The notes: generated by a model from the sequence alone, not told the origin. Shown: positions 13,499-27,947, counted from the first letter of the stretch. The stretch is DNA of 64,000 nt from the human T2T-CHM13v2.0 reference genome, Homo sapiens (GCF_009914755.1 NC_060933.1), one strand, 5' to 3'. Program-made: numbers and translations.

Positions 13499-15439
13499 GT
13501 AGTTGTAAGGTCAGCCTCACTCCCTACTAGAAATCTGCTGACCCCTGCCCACAGACAGCAGCCATCACTCGGCCGGCACAATGTGCAGGAAAGGGCTGGT
13601 GATGAGACCCCGCAGCTCAACCTGGGCTGAGGGTAGGCTGCAGCTTCCCCAGGACACAGGCTGTTGCTGAGTCCTGGCTTTCCTCTTAGGAAACCATAGG
13701 TGTGAGGTTGACTCCTCAGGGAATAAGCCAATACCAAGTGGAGAAGCGAGGATGTGTGGCCAACCAGCTGGTGATTCTGTGGGGCAAGGGGGCAGATGGG
13801 GGAGCTGGACCCCGCACCCACACGTGCAGTTTCCAGAACTTATGTGGCACCAGCACTTGCAGGGAGAGGGGATTTCTGTGCAATGGAATGAGCCAAAGTT
13901 GAGTCCCAGAGCCCCAGAGTTCTTGCTCTCCAAGTACTTTGAAAAGGAACCAAGCATCTGGAAACTATGAAAAATTACAAGTGGTCCAAGTGCGGGGTGC
14001 AATTTTGGGCAACCGATGCCCAGGAGATGGGTTTGACACATGGGACTTGCAGAAAAAGAATCCACCCTGGTGAGCCCCTTGGCCTGCGGTGCCCAACATA
14101 GGTGGTCATCATCACGGCGGGCCCCTGTTCTGTTTTCCACGTTGCAATCAAGCTCTGGACAACGCATGGAGGGCTTACCCTGGTGATGGAGAGGAACAGA
14201 ACGCTCACAACCTTGACTGCATGATGAGAGACAGGAGCAGGGCAGGGAGCAGAGAGCCAGGGGCTCTCTCCTCAGTTCCTGGAGTGGGAGTAAGGGGATG
14301 CTGGAAGAAAAACCCAGATAAGGGAATTTAAATATAGTGTTTACTTTAAAAAGAACAAAAATAACAAAGCCACTAATACTTAAGAATAAGAGCCACAGGC
14401 TCATTTTCTCTCGTCATCCAGCCTGGTTGTCTCCTTCCCACCTTCAGCTGTCAGCTCACTCTCCATCAGGGACTCTGTTTCAATGTCTCCTCATCCCCCA
14501 TGGCAGCCTACCTAAGTTCCATGTCAGCTGTTTATTAGTTGACGGTTTGCCACAGGCCTGGCTCCTCCAGAATGCAGAGACGTCAGCTCCTTTTTTGAGA
14601 GCCTTTTCCAGAGCTTGGACAGTGCCTGGTTCCTAGTTGGTGTATTCCATGCTCTTCCCTATGACTTCTTTGTGTGTGTCTTGTGCTTGTGTCTGCAGCT
14701 GCGTCTTTCTCCATTTACCTCCCCTAGGATGTGTTCACTGTATTCAATGAGCCTTGTGCCCCGCACACCAGCCTGGCCCCCTTCTGCCTGGGGTGTTTTC
14801 AGCTGGCATATCTCCTGACCTAATGAGCTCCTTCTAGCTTGCCCGTCTTAGCATAGGCATCACTGCTTCTGAAGTGGGGATGTCTTTGATCCTGGCAGGG
14901 CAGGCAGACCTCTTAGTTGTGCTGTGACATCCTAGAGTGCCATGCATGGTGGGGGGACTTCAGAACAGATGCATGGGCCCCACCCCTGGGTTTCTGGGCC
15001 AGGTGCAGCTAGACAAGCTGGGCATGCTCTCTGCAGGGCCACCCAGCTCGGGCTGCCCTTCTGCATCGCAGCGCAAGAGAGAGAACAGCTTTGCCAGAGA
15101 GCAGAAGGAGCCTGAGTTTTCACACTGAATGGTCATACCGTGGATGTCTATTTTCCTGGGAGTTGCTGGGATTGCCAGCTCTGGGCCCTGGGGGTGTTGG
15201 GGACATTAAGGACTCTGAGGTTCCATCTCCAGCTACTCGGAGAGGGTTCCTTGTGTCATTCATCAGGCAGCTTGCTTATCTTATCCCTCTTTTAGCAATT
15301 GTCATACTGCATTAAAGTTAGTTTGCTGGTCTCTCTATTAGCCTGGATGATTTTGCGGTTCTGGACTCTGTTTTATTGACCATTATGTCTCCAGCACCTC
15401 AGAAAGCTTTCTGTGATTGGAGTCTTTGAATGAGGCTGT

Positions 15440-16850
15440 GAGTGGATGACGAGCCTCTGAACCGACGCGGGCGGGAGGGGGCTGCTGGCCAACTCACTCA
15501 CCGGGCCACCTTTACTGTCTGTTTACTGTCTGTTTACTTTAAAAGAATGCCTTGGTGGTCTGAAAACCTTCCTAAGTGCCAAATGAGAGCATCTCAAAGC
15601 TGGCAGAGCCCCTGGGTGTTATCAGGGTGGAGAATCACGTTCCTTTCATTCTCTGATGGGAGCGTGCATGTGTGTGCGTATGCCCATCACCCTCCACTGG
15701 CTTCACTCATGATCGCAGATAAGGGGAAAACACTTACCTCGGACTTTGGATTGAAACCAGATCAGGAGGCTTAGTCACCCCAAACGCAACCTTAGAAAGC
15801 ATGAAGTTAATATGAAACATCGGCCCGTGTAACGTAGCAAAACCTCCCCTGTGAATGAGTTTTAAACTTTTTTTTTTTTTTTTTAACATCCTGAATGTTT
15901 TTGAGCACATGCTGCTGCCTTCTTAGCTGTTTGTTGGGTGGGTGGTAGAGCCAAGGCAACAGGGGGACTGTTGATTTGAGCACAGCAGAAGCGGGCTCTG
16001 AACGGCCTCCCGCTTATTGCCATGAAAGCTTCAGCCAGTCCCGCTTGCCTGCCTTGTGCACAGAGCAGAGCAGTGCAGCCCCTGGGTTAATGCAGGAAAG
16101 AGCAGCTCTGACCCGGGAGGCATTTCTCTCCACGCTGCCATAAACCTAAGACTCTCTTTAAGTTGTCCAAGATCAAGGGCTGCTTCTGATGAAGAGGGAG
16201 CAGAGGTCTGTAGTAGCCAGTGCCTTTAACCAGTAGCAGTGATGGCCAGGGCGTCTCCCAGGGGAAGGGACAGCGTGGCTACAAAGGCCCACCAGGAAGA
16301 AAGGCCCCATTTGCCAGTTGGCTGAAGAGATCCAGCCTACTTCCTCTAGATTCAGGATTTAAAAAGGGTGTGTGATTTTGTTCTCTGTTGGGAGAAAATG
16401 ACTTAGAGATACTTCAAACTGTGTTTAGTCGGAAGATACACTGAGTTAAAAACAGTTAATTAAACTTCAATTGTGTGTGTGTGTTTTTAAGCCGTGTAAT
16501 TGCTTCATGCACTCGCTCACTTTTCAACTTAAAACTCCAAGTATTTTAGAAATGAACTTCATTGTTCTTAAATTTTGAATGAGGCTATTTTCTTCACTTA
16601 AGAGTGTCTGCCTTCACTAGTCAGCCAGGCTTCTTCCAGTGCAAATGGGCTGATTTCTGCAATGTGGATCTTAACAGAAACTTACCAGAACCGCCTTACA
16701 TCTGCTAAATGATTTATTTGGAAAACATATGTGTTAGTCATTACAAAGATGTGGATGAGATCCGGTTGCCAAATAACGAGTATCGTGTACATGAAGGATT
16801 CTCATCCGATGGGGATGACTCAAAGTACTGCTTCTTGTAATATATTAAAT
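15440..16850. promoter_or_regulatory. Candidate cis-regulatory or alternative-promoter block
   Basis: No repeat recognised; retained CpGs; GC box gggcggg ~15470; TGTTTAC at 15520 and 15531; AP-1 TGACTCA at 16816; two minus-strand GTAAGT donors. Confidence 0.4.
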
Positions 16851-17555
16851 GTCTAAATACTTAATACAAAGACAGCCAGAGAATATCAAAAAACATCACA
16901 GCCAGCACATGACAGTATCTGCCTGGCACTCTTTGCAGAAGGCAGCCACACTCTCCACTACCCCACCAAGGCCACTCGCCTGCCCACCATTGGATTGGAA
17001 GTGTAGGGCTTGGTTCAGCCAGGAAGGTTCTCTCAGTCCCAGGTGTCTGAAAGGAGAGGTAACCAGGAGTAACTTAACTAACCAAATTGCTAGAGATTAG
17101 TCATGCTTGATCTAAGGCTTCATGAAAAAACATCCCACAGGGAGACTCTGGTGGGGTTTAAGCAGCACAAGAATGCTTCTATTTCCACATAAAATTTCGA
17201 CAATATGTCTGTTTCAAATCAAACCCTGGTTGGGGGTGAGGAAATCTGCAGACAGAAATAGCCAATCTCTTTGCCTCAGCACCAAGAAATGGCAATGACC
17301 ATCCTTTTCTTTATTCTCTGTGCAGAACTTTTCTGGAATATTCTGGGCCTTCCTTCTACAGCTCAGCCATAAGGAATTGGAAAGACTGAGCAAGGCATTT
17401 GTCCTGGAGTAGGTCTGTGTGTCCTTTTTATTTTCAAACATTCGTACTTCAGTCCACTAGAGCCACCTTCCCTAATCATGAAAGAGTCCTAGAAGCCAGT
17501 CCTGCACACTCCTGTGGGATTTTCCTGGTCCACATCTTTGATTTAGGACTGTGCA

Positions 17556-17595
17556 AAGCAAACCTGAGAAGTTCAAGCAAACCTGAGAAGTTCAA
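17556..17595. repeat. 19-bp perfect tandem duplication
   Basis: aagcaaacctgagaagttc x2. Confidence 0.95.
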
Positions 17596-17659
17596 CTACG
17601 CATTTCCTGAATCGGGAGAGGGAAACAAGAAATTCATCATTTTGAGAGTGAATGACTTA

Positions 17660-18109
<450 letters not shown>

Positions 18110-20179
18110 TTATGTTCCTGCTACTGCAGGGTCTCCCTTCTAAGAGAGTGAAAGGTAACGTCTCTTTCCCACTAAGGAGGGGCAGGGGAGTCTGTGTCCG
18201 TGCTCTGGGCTCCTTTGCCCAAAAAGCAACTAACGGCTTGTTGTGTTTAGGGCTGAACAGAAAGAGAGGTTGCCAGGAATCTAGGGAAAGACCCTACACA
18301 GAATTTGGAAGAGCTCCAGGAGGCCAGCCAATTCTGACTTGCTGGCTAGCTTACCGGGAGAACTGGGGTGCTGCTGCTTTGAAGGGAAACAGAGTGTGGC
18401 TTCTTGCTCATTTCCCTGGACAGTGTAAGCATCAAACAACTCAAGGGATGGGGAAGGAACCATGAGATGTGACTGATGCTGGTCTTCTCACTTAGTACAT
18501 GGGGGCTTGGGGACGATCTGATTTGCCTTAGAAAAGATATGGTATTTCTTTTCATGTCAGTAGGCTCAATGGCTTACTTGGATGTTTCAGCTAATGCATG
18601 CATTCAATAAATGCATCCTGTAGCCAAACTTTCTTGTTCACTGATAAATGACTTCAGTTCCCCAGAGGAAGGGCAGGGAAAGGAAGAGGGAGAGGAGCCA
18701 CTGCCCCGTATCCACACTTCTTTTCTTCTCTGGGAACAGAGCCTGGTGTCATTCCATGTGGCCATGTGCCCATGAAGGGGTGGCATTTCCGAGCCTCCTT
18801 GCCACCAGCCAGGCCCGATGAGAAAGATGACTTTAAGAGAGGGCACATTACCTTTTCCTTCTTTCCCTCCTTCTGTCTTCCGATGGGAAAAGAGCTCAGC
18901 GGTCAGGCACTGCAGGAGCACCCTGGGAACATGAGGCAAGCAGAGAGGCCTGGGCTTTGGGAGAGGCGAGTACAGGGTGAAAGTCTGGGACCTTGGTCCT
19001 CATGGCATTGCTACAGCAGCTCTCCTTGGGAGGGAAATGCACCTTCACCCTGAGACTGTCTAAAAACCAAGCTTGGCTGATATTTGGAGGATCCTAGGCC
19101 AGGCGAGCGGAGCAGCTGAGTCACACCCTGTATGATGTGTCTGCAAATAGATCTGGGTCAAAATGAAATACCCCCTTGCCTGGCTCAGAGAGAGGCAATG
19201 GACTGTGTGAACTCACTGCTTCCCTCCATCTGGGCACAGTGGTTGCTGAAAAGAGGAAGTCACAGCCTGGGAGAGTTGGGTGGCACAGACAATTCTCGAG
19301 TTTTGAAAGCTATTGGCCTCAATGAGCCCCGTGCTCCATGGGAATAAAGGGCACAAGATCCTCCAACCCCATTTTGCATTTCCATGTTAAAAGGTGTGTG
19401 AATTCAGTGCAAAGAGATGTAGTTATTTCCCTGTATGTAGTCAGCGGTTTCTCTGAGCTAAGCCTGCCTTTCCTGCAGAGGACAGAATGGCATCCATTAA
19501 GACATGTGATTTATAGGGCATTGTTTTCTATCCCCAAAGGACACTGCTGTATTTTCTGCCTTTGCCCTCTTCCTTCTCTCCTGCTTCTCACCTTTTCATC
19601 TTTCCACAGTCTCACTGTGTTGTAGTAACACCTTACAACTGCCTTGGCCCCAGAGCCCTTGCCCCTGGGCCCCTCTGGGCTGCCTCCCAAGCACCATGGT
19701 CATCTCTGGATCCGTGACCATGTGTGTGATGTGTCGGTTTGCATCATTTATCTTGAAATGGAACACCCCCTTGGGCTTACATTGATAGCCTCAATGCCTC
19801 CCTGAACAGGGCATTCTTCCAGACCCTTTGAAAGAACAGGTGAGTCTCCTTGATCTGTGAGTCTTGTATCATTCCAGAATTTCTTTGATCCTCAAAGCAG
19901 CTCTTAGGCCCGCCAGCTGGGAGGCTGATGGGCAGATGCTGGGGTCCCTGATACCTTCCCGGGACAACTTCAAGTCTGGGACTCTAAGGAAAAAGGGCCA
20001 CTTCCAAGCTGTAGGTTCATTGTACCATTATCAGCAGAGTTATAGCACTGATAAAACAATAGTAATAGTGGCCTCTAGCCTGTGAGGGCATTGCAATGCA
20101 GCCCTTGCTATAGCTCCAGGCCCAAGGAATTTCCTAGATGACCACAAGCCTGCACAGCACTAGTAAGAGATGCATCACA

Positions 20180-20586
<407 letters not shown>

Positions 20587-21049
20587 TCAAAGTTAGGCCA
20601 TAGGAAGCAGCCACCCTTCCTAGCTGAAGACCTGTTTGTTTAGCAGATGGCCCCAAATGGAAAGTATCCACCTAAAGTTGACTTCAGTGCTGAAAAACTC
20701 AGGGTGGGAATGGGGGTGGTAGGAGCATGTTGAGACGGTCTCTTGGAAGTAGAGAAGAGAGGAGGCTGGAGGCAGAAGGGACACCCAACTGCCCACTGGA
20801 GAAAAATTTTATCCTGATTATTTGATGGGAAAGAATAAAGCCAGGTAGGTCTCACTTGTTCATCCTGTGCACAGGTGGGATGGGCTTGAAATCTAATTTC
20901 TGGTAGTGAGCCCTACCTTCAGCCTTTCCAAATGCTGTTTCAGAAGAAGGGGGTACAAACTTCTCCTAACAATTTTTGGGAAAGCCAAGGAGAGAGTTTA
21001 TATTACTCATCAACAATAGCACCTCGTAAAGATTGTGGTTAAATACTTC

Positions 21050-21284
21050 TATTTCTTTCTTTATTTTATTTTATTTATTTATTTCTGAGACGGAGTCTCT
21101 CTCTGTCACCCAGGCTGGAGTGTGGTGGCACAATCTCGGCTTACTGCAACCTCCGCCTCTCGAGTTCAAGTGATTCTCCTTGCCTCAGCCTCTCGAGTAG
21201 CTGGGATTACAGGCACCCGCCACCATACCTGGCTAATTTTTGTATTTTCAGTAGAGACGAGGTTTCACTATGTTGGCCAGGCTG
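21050..21284 (-). mobile_element. AluS, 5'-truncated
   Basis: Right arm plus part of left arm; stops at gttggccaggctgg. Confidence 0.95.
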
Positions 21285-21371
21285 GAGATGAGAAAAAGAA
21301 TAGATAATTCATCCTGATTTGAGATGGGCCACGTCCAGTGCACTTAGGGGCTCAGAATTTGTCCTGTAAAT

Positions 21372-22430
21372 CAGCGTTTCTCAAACTGAGCTGTGTGGAA
21401 TACTGGAGACCACCCATGGATCTACTCTCAGAAATCTGTGTGCTCTTTCCCATTTTTAATACTGGTGATATTTTAAAATGAAATATTACAAGTCTATTCT
21501 GGATCATCTGGAGAGCCAGCTCAGACCAAGGGGACAGAGACCACACTCGCTTGATTCCAGTGCCATAGGCATTTTGTATGGAGGATTGCTTCCACACCAA
21601 AGAAGGCACAGTGATGTCATAAAGAGGTTTCACAGTAGTTTGAAAGGAGAAGAGGAGGGTGAAAATAAAGTCGTCACCTTGAACAAGGTAATCAAGCTGT
21701 CGGCATCCATAGAACTCGTCTCATTTGTGTCATGTCGCAGTCTCGTTGTGAATGGATGCTCTTGGCACAGCCCGTCTTGTTACTTCAATGGTTTATTAGC
21801 AGAAAGTGTTGGAGAAACTATTGAATAATTTTTTATTTTACTTGCAGAATTAATTATCTTAGAAATCTAATGTAGATTTAAGTAACAGCAAAACAGCTAT
21901 TGTATTTTCAAGTGAACAAGTCAACTTGACTAATTTATCAAGTAACATTCCAATAAAAGTGATTTTTGAGGATGGGTGGCTGGCATTTTTGGTTAACTAT
22001 GAGATGTGATTGTTGAAAACTAATGAACAAAGCCTTCAAGAGCTTATTATTCTTTCATTTACCAAGCATTCTTAATGGTATTATTATTAACAAATAAAGC
22101 TAAACATTAAATATAGAATTGGACCTGAAGCCACATTTTTATCCTTATTATCAGTCATTTAGTTAGAGTAAACAACATCATTATTCACATTAAATAAATG
22201 ACTTTAATATGATATTATTGGTTTTATAGTTTGTATTTGTATGAAATTATATTTGCTTTTATAGCTAAGTAAGAGTATAAGAATAATGTGCTTATATACA
22301 GTTTTCATTTGAATGTAAATACAAATAAGAATAACACTAATCATGTGATATAATTTGAGGCAACACTAAAGATTTAAGAACATTATTTTTTCTCTTAAAA
22401 GGAGTATGCACATTTATGAGATTTGCAAGC
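21372..22430. mobile_element. Probable ancient hAT/Charlie-type DNA transposon remnants
   Basis: cagcgtttctcaaactg TIR-like start; AT-rich degenerate interior at 21830-22430. Confidence 0.35.
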
Positions 22431-22716
22431 AAGCAAGGGAGAAACACTGACTTTTAATTAGAGGTGTTTTAATGCATGGCCATATTTTTGTTAGCGATGG
22501 GACTTTGATGACAGTGTGGAAAACTCATTGGGAGGGAAGTTGGAATATGGGAGGCTATGAGGCTGGTTCAGTGGTGGAGCGAGCAGGAGAGCTGGCATTT
22601 CTGCAACTGGATAAAATATACTTGTGGCTGGCTGGGCATGAGCTGATGCTGAGGTGAGAGTTTATAGTGGTGGAGATTTTGGAATTTGTGCAACTTTCTG
22701 GGTAATTATACAATTA

Positions 22717-23073
<357 letters not shown>

Positions 23074-25274
23074 TTACCAAGTATAGTTTGTACGTCTGCA
23101 AATTTTGTTCTTCTAGTAAATACACAACACCCCCACCACACACACGTACCTCAAATATCTCCTATTTGAGAAGGCAAAGAGAAAAAGGACCTATGAGGGA
23201 CAGAATGGATGAATGCAAGGTGCCTCTCAGGTCTAACATTCTATATGTGGATCTCTGATGTTGAAATGACATTAGAAACTATTTCTCCTTTTGATAATTT
23301 GCATAAAGAGTGTAGTATATTTTCTCTAAGATTATTTCTCGAATTAGTACTTTAAAAACTTTCATAGTCAAAAGACAGCAATAGGGCAATTGTGGTTCGT
23401 TAAGATGGAGAAAACACACTCTACTCTTTCTCGCCCACAAAATACAGCTAAAATCTTGGAGAGAATCCATGGGACAACTATTTGAGGAGTCTGAAAGGTA
23501 AATGGTGCGGCTCTCTAAAGAGTCTGAAAAGCAAAGGGTAGCAGGCATACTGGGAAAGAAAATCAGATGGTTTGAAGTATGATAAATCTAGTGGTGAGTT
23601 TCTTGTTTTGTTTTGTTTTTTTTCTACCAGCATACACCCCAGGGCAGCATGGGTCCTGGAATAATGCACTGGGCAAGAACAGGAAGAGCTTCAAAGAAAG
23701 GATTGACTTTCTGGCCTGAGGAGTAGAAAGGAGCAGAGAGAGTGGAAGACATCCTTTGTCCCCCAAGGAAACTCATGCCTGCAGCTGCAGCTGTCACAGT
23801 GGTGACAGTGGATTTGGGTAGGCACCCAAAACTCTGAGGAAGGAGAATCTTTTTCATCAGAGGAATATGTCTGAAGAGTGTGGTGGAATCTCTGTTGCAT
23901 TTTTTTTTGTCTCTGTAGCCTCCTGCTGCTTGACTCTGCACATATACACACTTGCAGTAAGTGTATAGCAGAACCAGGAAACTAAACTGCTCAGATTTCT
24001 AGGCAGAGGGCCAAGAAAGCAGATCCCTGGACGCAAAAGAGTGAGGAGGAACTCCAGAAAGGGGAAGCTCAAGAAAGTGACCCACCAATTGTATATGAAC
24101 TCTTGGGCTTGCTCCAAGCTGAGTATGCATGGATCTGACCCCAAACAGCATGCTAAAGGTTTTGAGAACTATGGAGTAGACCACTTCCTGGGATTCAGTC
24201 TTTGTAATGAGTGGTGCACACATAAAACTGATCTAAAGAACAATGGAAAGTCTTTGAAAACTAAACTGACATTAGAACCATAGCTTATACAAAGCATATT
24301 AGAACATACATCTTGAAATCACATTCATTAGCTGCCCACAAAAGCAAAAAGCAAAACCCCAACATTCTTCATACGTTGTATGAAGGCTCATAACTTTATA
24401 ACAATATTCAAAATGTTCAGCATACAGCCCCAAATTACTCAACATAAGGAAAACCAGGGAAGCCTGACAAATTCTCATTGGGAGGAACAATGAACGTACA
24501 CCAAACCCAAGATATCCAGATGTTTGAATGATCAGAGACATTTAAAGTAGCCATTATAACATGCTTCAAGAAGAAGAGCAAACATTCTTGGAAGAAGCAA
24601 AAATATAAAGAGTCTTACAGAAAAACAGAAGGTATAAAAAAGAGAACAAATTGGAAATTTTAGAACTGAAAAATACAATAACAGAAATTTTAAAAATCCA
24701 TTGATGGACTCAATAGCAAAAGAGATGATAGAGGAGTTGATTTGAAGATAGAACAATAGAAATTATGCTTTATAAACAACAGAGAATAAAATAAGAGCCT
24801 CAGAGAACTGTGGAGCAAGGTTAAAAGGTTTACTATTTATGCCAGAGTCCCAAATGGACAGAAGAAAAATGCCCCATAGACTTCTTTTTTCATTTGATGA
24901 AATCATAGGTAAAAACATCCAATTTTGGTGAAAGACATAAACATACAAATTCAAGAAATGGAGCAAACCTTAAACAGGACAAAATAAGGAAATCCACTCC
25001 CAGATACATCATAATCAAACTTTAAATCTAAAGATAAAAAAAATTGAGAGAAGCCAAAGAAAAACAACACATTATATATGAGGGAAAAACTATCAGAAAG
25101 ATTGCAAACTTTTTATCAGACCAGAAGGTAATGGAATAACATTTTTAAAGTTACTGAAAGGAAAAAAAAAGCCTGTCAACTCAGAGTATTATATCCGACA
25201 AAATTATTCTTCAGAAATAAAGGCAAAATAAAGACATTGTCAGGTGAAGAAAAACTAAGAGAGTTTGTTAACAG

Positions 25275-25451
25275 CAGACTTTCTCTGAAACAACCTGTTG
25301 ACATTTGAGATTGGATAATGCCTTATTGTGGTGGGCTGCTCCATACAGTATAGGATGGTTAGCAGCATCCTTCTCACCAAGTTGTGACAATAAAAAATGT
25401 CTGCAGACATTGCACTTTGGAGGCAAAATGGCACTCAATTGAGAATCACTT
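25275..25451. mobile_element. MER20 DNA transposon nested in L1
   Basis: taggatggttagcagcatcc..gttgtgacaataaaaaatgtctgcagacattgc..ttgagaatcact. Confidence 0.8.
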
Positions 25452-26289
25452 CCTTGAAAGAAATATAAAGGTACTTGTTCTGTTGGAAGGGAAATGATGA
25501 CAGAGGGAAGCATGGAACTTTAGAAATAAAAAAGAAGGGTCATAAAATCATAAACATCCAAGTCAATACAGTAGTCTATTTTAAATTCTTATTAAGTTCT
25601 TAAGTCTATTTAAGTTCTATTTTTAGTAGAATATTTTAAGTTCTTTAGAATATGTATAATGGCTGAAAGTAAAAGCTTTAACATTGTCTGATGAGAGTTT
25701 TCAGTGGCTATAGATACATGTGACAACTACAGTGGAAAGTGGGGAGGGTATGAGGAAGTATGTGGTGATGAGATTTCTGCATTTCCACTCTAAGTGGTAA
25801 AATATTAATCCTAAGTGGACTATGAACAATTGGCATGCATATTGTAATCCCTAGAGCAACCACCAACAACTATAGGAGGAGATACAGTCCAAAACCCAAT
25901 AGATAAGTTAATTATGATTGAATTATAAAAATATTCAAATAATTCAAAAGAAGATAGAAAAAGAGAAACAGAAGAATAAAACCAAAATGAAACAAGCAGG
26001 AAACAATAAGAAAGTGGTAGCCCTAAATCCAAACATATCAATAATGACATTAAATGCATATGGCTTAAACACATCGATTAAAGAAAGATTCAACCAAATG
26101 TGGGCTACAAGAAATCCATTTAACATACAGTGGTACAGGTAAATTAAAAGTAAAAGAAAGAAAAAAGATATAGCAGGTAAACACTAATCAATAGAAAGCT
26201 GGAATGGCAAGATTAATGTTAGACAAATGAAAAGTCAGAGTATGGTAATTAACAGAGATAAAGAGAGACACTATATAATGATAAAAAAA

Positions 26290-26433
26290 CTTTTCTTTTT
26301 CTGTGCATAAATATTATCTGACCATCTGGCAGCCCTGGAGTCTCTCTGAACCCATTCTGGTTAGGGTGGTGCCCAATTTTGGAATCATTCTTTGCTCACT
26401 TAAACTCTGTTAAATTTAAAAGCAAAAAAAAAA
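26290..26433 (+). mobile_element. ERV1 LTR 3' fragment (MER57/MER4-group-like) with A tail, inserted in L1
   Basis: ctggagtctctctgaacc..gaatcattctttgctcacttaaactctgttaaattt followed by an A-rich tail. Confidence 0.7.
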
Positions 26434-27779
26434 GATCAATTCCTTAAGAAGCCGTGACACTCCTAAGTGTGTAGGCATGTAACAATAGAGCTTCAAAATA
26501 CATGAAGCAATATTGATGGCACTGAAAGGAGAAATGAACAAATTCACAATTAGAGGTGGACACTTAGCACTTCTCTCTTGGTAATTGATGAAACATATTA
26601 ACAGAAAATCATCAAATGCATATAAAAGAACAGGATGTGGGGTATCAGTTACGGCAGCACAGTAGTGACTAGGAGCCTGGGTGGGAGTTCGCCAGTGCAC
26701 ACAAGAGAACCAGCAGTCTAGGCAGGGGCACAGGGAGTGCTTCTGCAGGCTGGGCTTGGGACCCAGTGGGGAGCTTGGGCAGAGAGAATCCCATAGAGCT
26801 GAGGGTCAGGAGAGCATCCAAGTTCTTGTCCCTGCCACCGACCTCAAGCCCATTGCCTGTGCCTCCCCTCAGTGGGAGACACAGCCAGGGTCTGTCCTCA
26901 CCCAGGACACCCTCCTGCTTTGTCACCTCGTGGGCCAAGATGACTTCTGATGCCCCAGACCTTTTGTTTGCATTTCAGGCAGCAGGAAGGAGAAAGAGAG
27001 GAACAAGGAGCATCCCTTCTTTTTTCAGGAGACTTTCTAGAAGTTCCCTCAACACTTTGGTTTTGATCCCATTGGCTGTGATGTTGTCAGTTGGCCGCAC
27101 TGAGTTGGCAAGTGAGGCTTGGAGACACAGCGATGCTCAGAACAAAATCGGAGCTCTGGGACTAAGGGCAAGAGATTCTGCTGATGAAGAGATTGACCAT
27201 GGGCCTGTGCCTGGGCAGGGCTCAAGCCAGGCTGCCTGCCTCTGACACCACACCTGTGACACCACACCCACACTGCAGGGGGACCCCATCTGCTTGGTTG
27301 ACCCCCACCCAGGGTGCGGGGTCATCCCATCTCATGGATGATGCCTCTTCTGATCCAGCTGCAGCCCTGGGAGGTCCTGCTTCTGGAACCTCATGGCCCC
27401 ACGTGCACTGCTCCTTGTAAGGCTTGAATGGCTGAGCTCTGCAAAGCTGGGGTCTTCCATCTTTCATGACGACAACCTGTGGCGGGGCCTGGAGCAGATC
27501 ATGGCTCTCTTTCACACACAGGGTTTGGTCAAAATAACTTTTTCAGATGGTTCCTCCAAAAACTAAAGTTTTCTTACAGATTTTCAGAGGCCTCCAATCA
27601 AAGGCAGCCAGGAGAGCTCCCTGGGGAGTCGGGGCAGGGCTGTGAGCCCCCTACCTCCTCCAGCTCAGTTCTGATTCCTTAGGCCTCAGATGTCTGAGTT
27701 GACTTTTTGATAATAGTTACCTGAGAATGGCTCTTGCAGGAGGAATCTGATTTCTGAACATTCTGTTTCAATAGTGTTT

Positions 27780-27860
27780 GCCAGGAAACTGAGATGCAGA
27801 CACTTCAAGTGACTTGCTTAAGGTCACAGAGCCTGGGAGAGCCAGAGCTTGGTCTAAGTC
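27780..27860 (-). mobile_element. MIR fragment
   Basis: aggaaactgagatgcag..aagtgacttgcttaaggtcacagagc. Confidence 0.7.
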
Positions 27861-27947
27861 ACTGTGGTGCTTCCTGACCTGTGCTCTAGTGCCTTGCCTG
27901 TTTGAACATGTTTACCTGCCTACGCAATTGCTGTGCAACTTCTCCCC

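Larger units (their letters stand above)
23385..26635 (+). mobile_element. Old L1M 5' portion (5' UTR, ORF1 remnant, start of ORF2 endonuclease), 3'-truncated
   Basis: A-rich sense strand; tttagaactgaaaaatacaataacagaaatt, cccagatacatcataatcaaac, tcaataatgacattaaatgcatatggcttaaacaca, gcttcaaaatacatgaagcaa. Confidence 0.85.

Noticed and set aside
13565-14404. Longest ORF in the track (279 aa, minus strand)
   Set aside because: No recognisable domain, composition typical of non-coding GC-moderate DNA, no supporting exon structure
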